Under the pieces are notes generated by a model. The model saw nothing but the letters and a program-made list of their open reading frames with translations, was not told the DNA's origin and made no database searches. The position numbers and the translations under genes were made by a program. A stretch of 64,000 nt of DNA from an uncultured virus (IMG/VR IMGVR_UViG_650377941_000004) (taxonomy: Duplodnaviria; Heunggongvirae; Uroviricota; Caudoviricetes). Numbering within the stretch: the first letter of the stretch is position 1; every line of letters begins with the position of its first letter. Location: IMG/VR virus record IMGVR_UViG_650377941_000004. The stretch is one strand, 5' to 3'. Positions 47,326 to 56,699 of this stretch are shown in pieces.

Positions 47326-47775
47326 ATGGCAAAAGCGAAGATCAAAACGCTTTTGGGCACAGGGCTTGCCGCGCTTTGCAGCCACATCAAGCAGTGCAAC
47401 ACCGCAATCGGAGACCTTTCCGAAGCAACGGCAAACGGATTCGAGGAAACCGATGACATCCTGCACGAAAAGCAGGATGTCACGGCTGCGGTGTCTTTTA
47501 CGATTCCGGTCGATGGCTGGGGCGAGGATGATTCCTCCCCCGGCTATTTTTATTGTGACATCCCCATTGCGGGCCTGTTGGCTACCGACATTGTGGATGT
47601 TACGGTACTGCCGGAATTTTACGATGTGGCGGGTGCGGTGGGCTTTATTGCGACCGAAAGCCTCGAAGGAAAGCTGCGGCTGAGGGCCGCCAAAGCTCCG
47701 ACCGAGAAAATTTCTGCACAGTATCACATTACAAGCACCGTGAAATACACGGATGCACAGGAAGGGGGAACCTAA
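47326..47775 (+). CDS. Hypothetical tail-associated protein
   Basis: GGAGG RBS; resembles the C-terminal domain of 45289-46416. Confidence 0.7.
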   Translation: MAKAKIKTLLGTGLAALCSHIKQCNTAIGDLSEATANGFEETDDILHEKQDVTAAVSFTIPVDGWGEDDSSPGYFYCDIPIAGLLATDIVDVTVLPEFYDVAGAVGFIATESLEGKLRLRAAKAPTEKISAQYHITSTVKYTDAQEGGT

Positions 47776-48162
47776 ATGGCATACGGTTCTTTTAACGCAG
47801 GCCCCGGCAAGGCGCCGGATGAAGATGTTGTCCGCACTGACCAGATCGGCATTCCGGGCGGCATTGCCACGCTGGATGCAGACGGCCACCTGACCGAGAG
47901 CCAGCGGTGGGAAGTGGACGGCTACAAAAAGGCCGAGACCGACCAGCGCATCAGCGCAGCCGTGGACGCTCACAACGGTGCGGAGAACGCCCACAGCGAC
48001 ATCCGTGCCAGTGTGGCAGCTATGAACGCCAGCATCAAGGCCATTGAGCTGAAGTTCGGCACGAACGTCACGAAAAACCCGTTTTCTGCCACGTTCGGCA
48101 GTCTGGACGGCCTGACCGTGACCGGCGCGTGGAATGCCGAGCAGGCAAGGGTGGAGTTCTGA
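47776..48162 (+). CDS. Tail fiber-related protein
   Basis: GIATLDADG, HNGAENAHSDIR. Confidence 0.7.
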   Translation: MAYGSFNAGPGKAPDEDVVRTDQIGIPGGIATLDADGHLTESQRWEVDGYKKAETDQRISAAVDAHNGAENAHSDIRASVAAMNASIKAIELKFGTNVTKNPFSATFGSLDGLTVTGAWNAEQARVEF

Positions 48163-48164
48163 CG

Positions 48165-48740
48165 ATGGCTGAAACATTCAAGGTCGGCGCGAATGCGCGG
48201 GAGCTGCTGCGGTACACCCAGAGGGCAACCCGCATTGTCACCGACGACATCAGCCGGAGCGATGCCCGGAAGATCATCCAGAAAGTCGCAGCGCTCGAAG
48301 ATGTGCGCGACATCCAGAAGGTGTGTGGCACTGCCGTCCATGCACTCGACACACGGGACAGGGAGGGCTTTTCCAAAAGCACTTTCCGTCTGTACGGTGA
48401 GGGCATCCGGCTGACTGCCCGGCAAATCCTGCTGGATGCACACGCGGCAAACAACGTCAATTTCCAGACCGACTACGACAAGCGCGTTGAGAAGATCGGC
48501 GCAGTTGTGGACGGCTGCTCTCTGCTGCTGGAATACCTGACCATCTGCACGGAGGAAGGTATCATCAGTGCGAAGAAAGCCGGTATCTGGACAAAGAAGG
48601 TCACGGACGTAAAATACCCGGCGATGAAGTGGCTCACGTCGGAACGCGGACGTGCCGAAAAACTCCGGGCAGAAGCGGAACGGAAACGGCTGACCGAACA
48701 GGCTGCCGCCCTGAAAGCCGTCCTTTACCCGGAACCGTAA
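48165..48740 (+). CDS. avd: DGR accessory variability determinant (Avd-like)
   Basis: Helical basic protein immediately 5' of TR; FSKSTFRLYG..IR, W.K.V..VK. Confidence 0.75.
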   Translation: MAETFKVGANARELLRYTQRATRIVTDDISRSDARKIIQKVAALEDVRDIQKVCGTAVHALDTRDREGFSKSTFRLYGEGIRLTARQILLDAHAANNVNFQTDYDKRVEKIGAVVDGCSLLLEYLTICTEEGIISAKKAGIWTKKVTDVKYPAMKWLTSERGRAEKLRAEAERKRLTEQAAALKAVLYPEP

Positions 48741-48791
48741 ACGCACAGCGGGCAACCGCTTTGCATAAAGGGTGCGGTTTGTTTGTCTGAC

Positions 48792-48911
48792 GCTGCCATT
48801 TGGTGGCTGCGCTCTCCGAACACCAACAATAACAACAACGTCTGGAACGTCAACACCGATGGCTCCAACAACAACAACTGGTACAACAACTCCTATGGTG
48901 TTCGCCCCGCT
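48792..48911 (+). repeat. DGR template repeat (TR)
   Basis: Intergenic, 14 AAY codons in the VR frame; matches VR1 and VR2 except at adenines. Confidence 0.95.
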
Positions 48912-49081
48912 CTGATGGAACCGTGTGACGAGTAGGCATAAGCTGAAAGCAGTGCGCCCATCAAAGGAAACCGCATCCTGTCGCTTGCCGATGCAGGCAA
49001 GTGATAAATACATCCCGCTGAGGTGGGCCATCCCTGCCGGATGCAGCCCACTACCGTAACGCGAACCAGCGGAGGGCAATT

Positions 49082-50311
49082 TTGACATACGAAGAACTGT
49101 GCAGCTTCGAGGTGCTTTACAAAGCCTACCTTGAAGCCCGGAAGGGAAAGCGCAGTAAAAGCAAAACAATCGAGTACGAGGCGCAGGCGCTGGCCTGCAC
49201 GGAAAAGCTGTCCCGCAAGCTGGCTGTGCGTGATGTACGCCAGCCGGGCGGCGACATCCGGCAGCAGATATGCTATGTGCCAAGTAAGTTTGAGGTCTTT
49301 GCCGTCTATGAGCCGAAGCGCCGCATGGTACACGCCCCCGCATTTGTGGACAAGGTGGTGCTGCACGCTCTGGTCGATAACATCCTGTATGATGCCCTGA
49401 CAAGGAGCTTTATCCGGGACAGCCACGCCAGCCAGACCGGCAAAGGCACAGACGACGGCCTGATGCGCCTGAAAACCCACATGGTGGACTATTACCGCCG
49501 TGAGGGCCACGGCGCGGACGGCTGGGTGCTGAAAGGCGACGTGCGGCATTTCTTCGCCAGCATCGACCACCGGAAGCTAAAACGCAAGCTCAAAGCCGTG
49601 CTGGACAAGCGCGGCGTTGACCCGCGTGTCTATGAGCTGCTTTGCATCTACATCGACGTGATGGAGGACGGCTTGCCGCTGGGCTACCAGACGAGCCAGC
49701 TTTTCGCCCTCATGTTTTTGGACGAGTTCGACCACATCATCAAAGAAAAGTACCGCATCAAATACTATGGCCGATACATGGATGATTTCTACATCATCTG
49801 TTCGGACAAGAAGAAATTGCAGTGCATTCTCCGGGATGTTCGGGCGCTCATGGACAGTTACGACCTTGAACTGAACCAGAAAACCGCCATTTTCCCGCTG
49901 CGGAACGGTATTGATTTTCTGGGATTCCATAGCTACCTGACCGACACCGGCGCGGTCATCCAAAAGCTGCGCCGGGATAGCTCCAAGCGGATGAAGAACA
50001 AGATCAGATATTGGGAGACGGCATACCCCGCAGGCGAAGTGACCAAGCAGGAAATCCTGCGGAGCTTTGATGCGTGGGATGCCCATGCCGCCCATGGTGA
50101 TACTTACTCTTTACGCCGCAAGTACGCTGACCGGCTCGAAAAATTGCTTGACTGTAAAATCCCTATCCATCGAAAAATCAACTCGAACAAACTCGCGCGT
50201 GACAGACGGCGGGCGAGGCAATGCCGCTGCATCTACAAGAAGCAGCACAAAGCCCTGTCCCTCTCTGTATCGCAGAACACGCGGCCCGCGGAGATCATGC
50301 CGTGGGCCTGA
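49082..50311 (+). CDS. DGR reverse transcriptase
   Basis: AY..ARKGK, EPKRR, DKVVLHAL, LKGDVRHFF.SI, GLPLGYQTSQ, RYMDDF, IDFLGF. Confidence 0.97.
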   Translation: MTYEELCSFEVLYKAYLEARKGKRSKSKTIEYEAQALACTEKLSRKLAVRDVRQPGGDIRQQICYVPSKFEVFAVYEPKRRMVHAPAFVDKVVLHALVDNILYDALTRSFIRDSHASQTGKGTDDGLMRLKTHMVDYYRREGHGADGWVLKGDVRHFFASIDHRKLKRKLKAVLDKRGVDPRVYELLCIYIDVMEDGLPLGYQTSQLFALMFLDEFDHIIKEKYRIKYYGRYMDDFYIICSDKKKLQCILRDVRALMDSYDLELNQKTAIFPLRNGIDFLGFHSYLTDTGAVIQKLRRDSSKRMKNKIRYWETAYPAGEVTKQEILRSFDAWDAHAAHGDTYSLRRKYADRLEKLLDCKIPIHRKINSNKLARDRRRARQCRCIYKKQHKALSLSVSQNTRPAEIMPWA

Positions 50312-50331
50312 ACGAAAACAAGGAGGTAACA

Positions 50332-51591
50332 ATGGCAAACGTAAAACTGGGCACGAAAGCCGTTGGCAGCATTGTCAAAATCAAAGTCAACGGCGCGTCC
50401 AAAGATTTTATTGTTGTGCAGCAGGGCAACCCGAACACCAGCACCTATGATTCGAGTTGCAATGGAACGTGGCTGCTGATGAAGGACATCTACACCACGT
50501 CCACGTTCGGCAACAATAACTCCTACAAGGATTCCAGCATCCACACATACCTGAACGGAACGTTCTACAACCTCATCGACAGCAACATCCGGGCGGCTAT
50601 TAAGCAGGTGAAAATCCCGTACCAGAACGGCACTGGTTCCGGCGGCAGCCTTGCCACCGGCTCCAACGGCCTGAGCACAAAAGTGTTCCTGCTGTCTGGT
50701 TATGAGGTTGGTTGGACGACCAGCGACAACGGCTATTTCCCGAAGGACGGTGTGAGGCTGGCATACTTTGGCAACAGCTCTAGCGGTAACAGCAAGCGTA
50801 TTGCATACAATGGCAGCTACGCTGCCGTTTGGTGGCTGCGCTCTCCGTACACCAACGGTAGCAACAGCGTCTGGGGCGTCAACACCGATGGCTCCGGCTA
50901 CGGCTACTGGTGCGGCAACTCCTATGGTGTTCGCCCCGCTTTCATTCTTCCCTCTACACTCGTGGTCTCTGACGATGGCACGGTCAGTGTCAACACTGCA
51001 CCTACCGTCAGCACGGACGGCGCAGCTCTGGGGCGGAAGAACGCGGCCTTTGCGTGGAAGTACACCGTCAGGGATGCCGACGGCGACACCTTGACCGTCA
51101 CCGAAAAGCTGGACGGCAAGACCACCAAGACCCGCACCGGCGTTGCCAGCGGCACGGCCCTGACCTTTGAGCAGACGGCCAGCGCTGCCGGATTCCAGAA
51201 AATCCTGAACGGCAACCACACCATCACCGTTGAGGTGAGCGACGGCAAGGAAACCGTCAGCACGTCCGCGACCTTTACCAAGGCCGTCCACGCCGCAAGC
51301 GTGACGCTGGCTGAACCGTTGGCCGTTGAGGGCGACATTACCGTTGCCGTGCTTCAGGTGACCGGCTCCATCCCCGATGATGCGAAGTTCAAAGCCGAAG
51401 TGACCAACAACGCACTCGACAGCTCCCCGGTCTGGCAGGATGCCACGACCGAGGTAAAAAAAGGCGTGAACATCGTCTTTGAGAATAAGACCGCCACCAA
51501 CGGCGCGGCGTTTAACTTCCGCGTCAGCGTGGAGCGCGGCGAATCCGGCGAGGGCGGCTACATCGAAGCCGTCTCCGGCGCATTCCAGTAA
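50332..51591 (+). CDS. DGR target protein 1 (DUF6273/CLec-like domain + beta-rich C-terminal region), likely adhesin/receptor-binding protein
   Basis: KVFLLS..E, WWLRSP...GVRPA; contains VR1; GGAGG RBS. Confidence 0.9.
   Translation: MANVKLGTKAVGSIVKIKVNGASKDFIVVQQGNPNTSTYDSSCNGTWLLMKDIYTTSTFGNNNSYKDSSIHTYLNGTFYNLIDSNIRAAIKQVKIPYQNGTGSGGSLATGSNGLSTKVFLLSGYEVGWTTSDNGYFPKDGVRLAYFGNSSSGNSKRIAYNGSYAAVWWLRSPYTNGSNSVWGVNTDGSGYGYWCGNSYGVRPAFILPSTLVVSDDGTVSVNTAPTVSTDGAALGRKNAAFAWKYTVRDADGDTLTVTEKLDGKTTKTRTGVASGTALTFEQTASAAGFQKILNGNHTITVEVSDGKETVSTSATFTKAVHAASVTLAEPLAVEGDITVAVLQVTGSIPDDAKFKAEVTNNALDSSPVWQDATTEVKKGVNIVFENKTATNGAAFNFRVSVERGESGEGGYIEAVSGAFQ
50821..50940 (+). repeat. DGR variable region VR1
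   Basis: 120 nt vs TR: 17 mismatches, all at TR adenines. Confidence 0.95.
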
Positions 51592-51605
51592 GGAGGACAG
51601 TCACC

Positions 51606-51809
51606 ATGATTCAGTGGAAAAAGGACAATCTGCCCACCCGGCAGGAGAAGGAAGCCGCAGCCAAGAAGCAGCAGGAGCACGAACAGTTGCCCGACCGTGT
51701 GGCTGAAATGGAAGATGCCCTGTGCGAACAGGACGCGGCCAACGAGAAGCGCTTGACCGACATCGAAACCGCGCTGTGTGAGCTGGACGCAGCGCTGAAC
51801 AAGGAATAA
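51606..51809 (+). CDS. Small coiled-coil phage protein
   Basis: GGAGG RBS. Confidence 0.7.
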   Translation: MIQWKKDNLPTRQEKEAAAKKQQEHEQLPDRVAEMEDALCEQDAANEKRLTDIETALCELDAALNKE

Positions 51810-51821
51810 GGAGGTATCACC

Positions 51822-51989
51822 ATGAACATTATCTGGGCAAACCGCCTGATTGCAGGCACTAAGACTTGGGCAGAGATGCCCGCATCCCGCCGCGCCGGTG
51901 TCAAGAAAGTTCTGGCCGAGCGCATAAACAAGGGCGAGATCACCGCAGACGACTACAAGGACATCACGGGCGAAGACTATGCAGCATAA
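51822..51989 (+). CDS. XkdX-like small protein
   Basis: KGEITADDYKDITGEDY motif. Confidence 0.7.
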   Translation: MNIIWANRLIAGTKTWAEMPASRRAGVKKVLAERINKGEITADDYKDITGEDYAA

Positions 51990-52141
51990 AAGCTGGCCCG
52001 ATCTGTGCGAAAGCCTGCTGACCCGGCTGGAAACCAGTGGTGCGGACACGACCGCAGAGCGCGGCGAATTTGCCGTGCTGGTGGCTGAGTGCGGGTCGAG
52101 CGGCTGCAAAATGGCATTGAGCCAGAAAGGAGAAAACGACA

Positions 52142-52555
52142 ATGGCGATTAAAGCCTATTCACTGGCAAAGGATGGTAACAAGAAACTGTCCGCAAATTT
52201 TGCCGTGAAAGAGTTTCGCTGCAAGGATGGGACTGACCCCATCTTTATTGATGATGTGTTGGTGAAACTGTTGCAGAACATCCGGAATCACTTTGGAAAG
52301 GCTGTTACGATCACCAGCGCATATCGCACTGCCGCCCATAACAAGGCGGTCAAGGGCGCAACGTACAGTCAGCATTGCTACGGTATGGCGGCAGATATTC
52401 GGATTCAGGGCGTGGACGTGGAAACGCTCGCGACCTACGCCGAAACGCTGCTGAAAAACACCGGCGGCATCGGACGTTACCCGGTAAAAACTGGTCGTCC
52501 TGCTGGCTGGGTACACATCGACACCCGTGCGGTAAAGAGCCGTTGGGTGGGTTAA
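52142..52555 (+). CDS. Endolysin, peptidase M15 family
   Basis: F..KEF.CKDG, ITSAYR...HN..V.GA..SQH.YG.AADI, WVHIDTR. Confidence 0.9.
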   Translation: MAIKAYSLAKDGNKKLSANFAVKEFRCKDGTDPIFIDDVLVKLLQNIRNHFGKAVTITSAYRTAAHNKAVKGATYSQHCYGMAADIRIQGVDVETLATYAETLLKNTGGIGRYPVKTGRPAGWVHIDTRAVKSRWVG

Positions 52556-52573
52556 GAGTAGGAGGAAAACAAA

Positions 52574-52969
52574 ATGGAGAACATTCTGAAAGTTTTTCTG
52601 ATGGCATTCCCTGAATGGCTGGCCTGTATCTTCATGATGGTCGGCCTTGTGGTCACGGCGCTGGCGGCGGTACGTCTGGGCTACGGCCTTGTGGTCGCAA
52701 AGACTGTGTACAAGTGGATCGTCAACGCAGAGGAAAAGTTCGGCAGTGGCGCGGGTGCAGAAAAGAAAGCCCATGTCATTGCCGTACTGCGTGGGTACAC
52801 CCCGGACTGGCTGGACTGGGCAATCAATGAGCGGACGCTGGATTGGATCGTGCAACTTGTGTTCGACTTTACCAAGAAGAAGCTCGAAGATTACATGGCA
52901 AAGAAATCTGCAGAAACCACTACTGTGGCCCATTTCGGTAACGTGGGGGAGAACAAGCGTAATGACTGA
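52574..52969 (+). CDS. Holin-like protein
   Basis: N-terminal TM, AEEKFG.G.G.EKK motif. Confidence 0.7.
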   Translation: MENILKVFLMAFPEWLACIFMMVGLVVTALAAVRLGYGLVVAKTVYKWIVNAEEKFGSGAGAEKKAHVIAVLRGYTPDWLDWAINERTLDWIVQLVFDFTKKKLEDYMAKKSAETTTVAHFGNVGENKRND

Positions 52970-53279
52970 CGAGGAACTGGAACATCGCCTGACAGCGGTC
53001 GAAAACCGTGCACAGAGCAACACCCACCGGCTGGACGAGCTGGGGAAGCTGACCGATGCAGTAAACGGCATGAACACCAATATCAAGTTGACCATCCAGC
53101 AACTCGAAACCACAAACCGGAGCCTTGAAGTTGTGACGGCACAGAACAAGAAGCAGGACGACCGCTTGACCGCGCTGGAAAAAGCCCCCGGAGTATTTGG
53201 AAACAAACTCTGGTGGGCAGTCATTGCGGCAGTGATCGCAGGCTTTGTTGCATCTGAATTGGCAAGGTATCTCCACTAA
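52962..53279 (+). CDS. XhlA-like lysis accessory membrane protein
   Basis: RLTAVE.R..SN.HRLD coiled coil + C-terminal TM. Confidence 0.65.
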   Translation: MTDEELEHRLTAVENRAQSNTHRLDELGKLTDAVNGMNTNIKLTIQQLETTNRSLEVVTAQNKKQDDRLTALEKAPGVFGNKLWWAVIAAVIAGFVASELARYLH

Positions 53280-53287
53280 GTAAAGCA

Positions 53288-53331
53288 ATGCCCCACTGGC
53301 ATCCTGACGGATTGCTGGCGGGGCATTTTTT
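53288..53331 (+). terminator. Late operon terminator
   Basis: AATGCCCC...GGGGCATT followed by TTTT. Confidence 0.7.
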
Positions 53332-53439
53332 GTTTGCGCAAAGATTACAAAATAATTACAGATTATGCGGTGCGCCACAAACGGGCCGAAAATTGGTGTT
53401 CAACCAGTGAAAAGTAGCCGGAAGCCGCATAAAGGGAAT

Positions 53440-53488
53440 AGTTCGCTTGTTGATGTGCAAGGTGGACCAAACAAAAATAATCCGAACT
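53440..53488. other. attR
   Basis: AGTTCG-N18-GGACCA-N13-CGAACT; composition shifts to low GC afterwards. Confidence 0.7.
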
Positions 53489-53628
53489 TGTTTCCGATAG
53501 GAGACGGGTTCGGATTATTTGTTTTCTTCGGAAAGTTCAATGCAGGTGTCCGTGGAAGATGAAAATTAAGGATAATGAACTATTAATCGCAAATAATCTG
53601 TGCTATAATACTAAAGGGAGGTGTCATA

Positions 53629-54801
53629 ATGCAGATTAACGTGAAGTTGTCTCCAGATGTGCTAGACTGGGTTATGGCACATATTCAACAAGAAAATGTT
53701 CCGCGGGATGTTGTAAAGTATTTAACAATATGGAAAAGTGGTGAAAAATTGCCCACTTTTAATCAGATCGAAAAAGTTAGTAAAGCATCTGGAATCCCAT
53801 TTGGGTATTTTTTCCTCCAAGAACCTCCCAAAGAAGAATTTCCGTTATTAGAGTACAGAACCATAGATAGCACATCGGCAATGAATCCGAGCAGAAATAT
53901 TATTGATGTTATGCATGATATGGAACAAGTTCAGGATTGGGCTAGAAATCATGCTATAGAGGAAGAACAGCAGGCTCCAGAATTTATTGGAAGCCAAAAA
54001 AACAATGTGGATACTGAAGACTTTGCCGAATATGTCCGAACAGTTTTAGAGTTAGAAATTAAATGGTATGAAAACAGCAAATCGGCTGTAGAGTCTTTTA
54101 AAACACTGAGAGATAAAATTAGTCAAGCAGGCGTTATTGTTATGATGAGTGGTATTGTTGGAAATAATACGCATCGACCGCTCGACATAAATGAATTTCG
54201 TGCTTTTGCGATGGTAGATGATCTTGTACCATTAATTTTTATCAATTCAAACGATTCGGTTAGCGGGAAACTATTTTCTTTGCTACACGAATTTGCTCAT
54301 ATATGTATAGGAAATAATAGTTTATACAATGACAGATATAGCTCTGGAACAAGGGTTAGTAAGGCGGAAAGTGTATCTAATGCAGTGGCTGCGGAAATTT
54401 TAGTTCCACAGGTCATGTTTGAGAAAAAGTGGAAAGAAATCGATAAATTTGATGATCCAATTAAAACGATTGATGCGCTTACAAAGTATTTTAGCTGTGG
54501 GACGACAGTTATAGCAAGGAAAGCATTAGATAACGGATATATTGATTATTCTGTATATAGGAAGCTGTCACAAATTGCGGTTAATCGTTACAATGAAAAA
54601 CGAAAAAAGGAAAAAGAGCAAGGCGGTGGCGGAGACTATTATAGAACTGCGGCAAGCCGAATTGATACACGGTTTTTCAAGAGCTTGGTCTCAAGCGTTC
54701 ACGAAGGAAAAACTTTATACACGGACGCTTTTAGACTTACTAATACCAATAGATCTACCTTTGAAAATTTGGTTAACAAAATGGGGGGTGGGTCGAAGTG
54801 A
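53629..54801 (+). CDS. HTH + ImmA/IrrE metallopeptidase
   Basis: W.SGEKLPTFNQ, EFRAFA, FSLLHEFAH (HEXXH), AVAAEILVP. Confidence 0.9.
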   Translation: MQINVKLSPDVLDWVMAHIQQENVPRDVVKYLTIWKSGEKLPTFNQIEKVSKASGIPFGYFFLQEPPKEEFPLLEYRTIDSTSAMNPSRNIIDVMHDMEQVQDWARNHAIEEEQQAPEFIGSQKNNVDTEDFAEYVRTVLELEIKWYENSKSAVESFKTLRDKISQAGVIVMMSGIVGNNTHRPLDINEFRAFAMVDDLVPLIFINSNDSVSGKLFSLLHEFAHICIGNNSLYNDRYSSGTRVSKAESVSNAVAAEILVPQVMFEKKWKEIDKFDDPIKTIDALTKYFSCGTTVIARKALDNGYIDYSVYRKLSQIAVNRYNEKRKKEKEQGGGGDYYRTAASRIDTRFFKSLVSSVHEGKTLYTDAFRLTNTNRSTFENLVNKMGGGSK

Positions 54802-55313
54802 ATCAAGAAGTTTTTCTAATAGATACAAATGCTTTGCTGACACCGCATCTTATGTATTATCCGTTTGACCTCGCACCTAGCTTTTGGGAACAGCTAGAAG
54901 AAAAACTTAAAGATGGTTCAGTTGTTCTCTTAGATATGGTGAAAAATGAAATAACAGAGGGTCATGATGAACTTTCAAATTGGATGAAGTCATTACAGGG
55001 GATAAACATCATTGACCATAGAACTCCCGAAATCATAGAAAAATATAGTAGAGTTTTAGGTGCAGTTCAAAGCAATACATGCTATAAGCAAAGTGCGCTT
55101 GCAGAGTGGTCAAGAGAAAGTGTTGCAGATCCATGGCTAATTGCAACTGCGGCAGTAAGAAAATTAACAATAGTAACATTTGAAAAAAAGAATGGTGGTC
55201 TGTCACCCAAAAATCCGAGTAAAAATGCTAAAATACCAGATGTGGCGATTGAGTTTGGAGTAAGCGTTTGTGATCTATATTATATGATGAGAAGTTTATC
55301 ATTTCGTCTTTAA
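54798..55313 (+). CDS. DUF4411 family PIN-domain protein
   Basis: FLIDTN, YYPFD..P.FW, ADPWLIA, IVTFE, KIPDVA. Confidence 0.85.
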   Translation: MNQEVFLIDTNALLTPHLMYYPFDLAPSFWEQLEEKLKDGSVVLLDMVKNEITEGHDELSNWMKSLQGINIIDHRTPEIIEKYSRVLGAVQSNTCYKQSALAEWSRESVADPWLIATAAVRKLTIVTFEKKNGGLSPKNPSKNAKIPDVAIEFGVSVCDLYYMMRSLSFRL

Positions 55314-55751
55314 TAGAACCTAAATTGCATTATGTGATATAACAAAAACAGGGTGCGCCCGCCCGGACGCACCCTGCCAAAAGCCACAGACAATAACGAT
55401 ATGTACAGCAGGAAGTTCCCCAACGGGAACTTCCTGTTTTTCTTTTCCTGCAAGATGAGCCTGTTCTGTCTGCCATGCGGCAAACTCCCTCTGGCCTTCC
55501 TCGCTGTTCCAGCAGGCAAGGATGGCCGGGTAGAATGCCCGCGCCAGACGGTCAATGACTTCATCGGGATAAGGGGAAGTATTTGTGGACTTTTTCTTTT
55601 TGTTCAAACGCACACTCCTTTGACTGTCCCACCGTGGCAAAGCCGGGCAAGAAAATCAAAGTTCCAATTTCATGTCAGGCGCAAGGGCGCGGATGCTTTC
55701 CGCCCTGTACTTGCGGCTGGTGGCTCATTGATGGCTTACAAGTGCCTGCCG

Positions 55752-56687
55752 TTATGCCGTTTTAGAGGATTCACTGCTGGATTCTGCAAGAACTTCGTCC
55801 AGCGTTTTCAAAAATTCAAGATGAGGTTTCAAGGCAAAGCGAAGAACTTTGACCTGTTCCGGATGCGTAAGAAGTTTCGGGTTCAAGTCGAACGTAACCT
55901 CCCAACTCTTTCGCATGAGAGATTCAGCATTGTGGAGCCGGTAGTACAGTTCGAGAAACTTTTGGGGAACATCATAGTTTTCATCAATGGTGTTGCTGGC
56001 GGCTTTCTCTGCCTGCTTCACCGTTACCTTGTTAGGCTTGACCTTCTTCGGCTTCGGCACATAATTCTTGATTTCCTCAAAAATTTCAGCCTGTTCTTCG
56101 GGCTTGGCCTTGCCGAGATTTTCGAGAAGATAATCGGGAATGTGCAGTTCCTCGCGGAAGAACCGATCACGGAAACCGGGAGACAATTCATCCGCAACGT
56201 CAACACCGTGCGCATAGTATTCTGCACGGCGGACAGAACTTGCACTGCTGTGATTTTCCTGTGCGATGCGCTCACAGGTTTTCATAGGCTTCTGGTTGTG
56301 TTCAGACTGAACACTGCCAGATTTCTTTACAGTATGCTGATTGCCGCGAAATGTTTCGGTACGCTTTTCAGAGGAATACTGCTTGCCCATCAGAAACTTC
56401 TTTTGCTCCGGGGTTAAATTGCGCCGCCCCAACTGGTTTTTGCAAATCCAAGCGAGAACTTCTTCCCGGCTTTCAAAGGGGAGCGGCATGGTGGAGAAAT
56501 AAATCTCAGGATGCTTCTGGAGAATGGCATAACGGTTGTGTCCATCAACAAGGGTATTGTTCCAGACAATCAAAGGAGAGAGCAGCTTGCCCTCTTTGAG
56601 GATGTTTTCTTCAAGCTGCTTAAATTCATCATCGGTCAGAGGAGGAATCTGGGACTGGAACTCCGGGTCGATTTTCAGATTGATCAT
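55752..56687 (-). CDS. ParB/Srx-like N-terminal domain protein of a mobilizable element
   Basis: IDPEF...IPPLT.DE..QLEENIL.EG, LVDGHNRY, NQLGRRNL. Confidence 0.8.
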   Translation of the reverse strand: MINLKIDPEFQSQIPPLTDDEFKQLEENILKEGKLLSPLIVWNNTLVDGHNRYAILQKHPEIYFSTMPLPFESREEVLAWICKNQLGRRNLTPEQKKFLMGKQYSSEKRTETFRGNQHTVKKSGSVQSEHNQKPMKTCERIAQENHSSASSVRRAEYYAHGVDVADELSPGFRDRFFREELHIPDYLLENLGKAKPEEQAEIFEEIKNYVPKPKKVKPNKVTVKQAEKAASNTIDENYDVPQKFLELYYRLHNAESLMRKSWEVTFDLNPKLLTHPEQVKVLRFALKPHLEFLKTLDEVLAESSSESSKTA

Positions 56688-56699
56688 ACGCACACTCCT

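Larger units (their letters stand above)
33..53469. mobile_element. Temperate prophage (lambda-like head, P2-like contractile tail, DGR)
   Basis: Integrase, switch, early, packaging, head, tail and lysis modules in order; bounded by GGACCA cores at 33-38 and 53464-53469. Confidence 0.92.

Noticed and set aside
48830..48890. AAC microsatellite
   Set aside because: Explained by the AAY-rich design of the DGR template repeat.
49082..50311. Group II intron or retron RT
   Set aside because: TR/VR adenine-specific pairs and the upstream Avd-like gene identify a DGR; no intron domain V or maturase/endonuclease extension seen.
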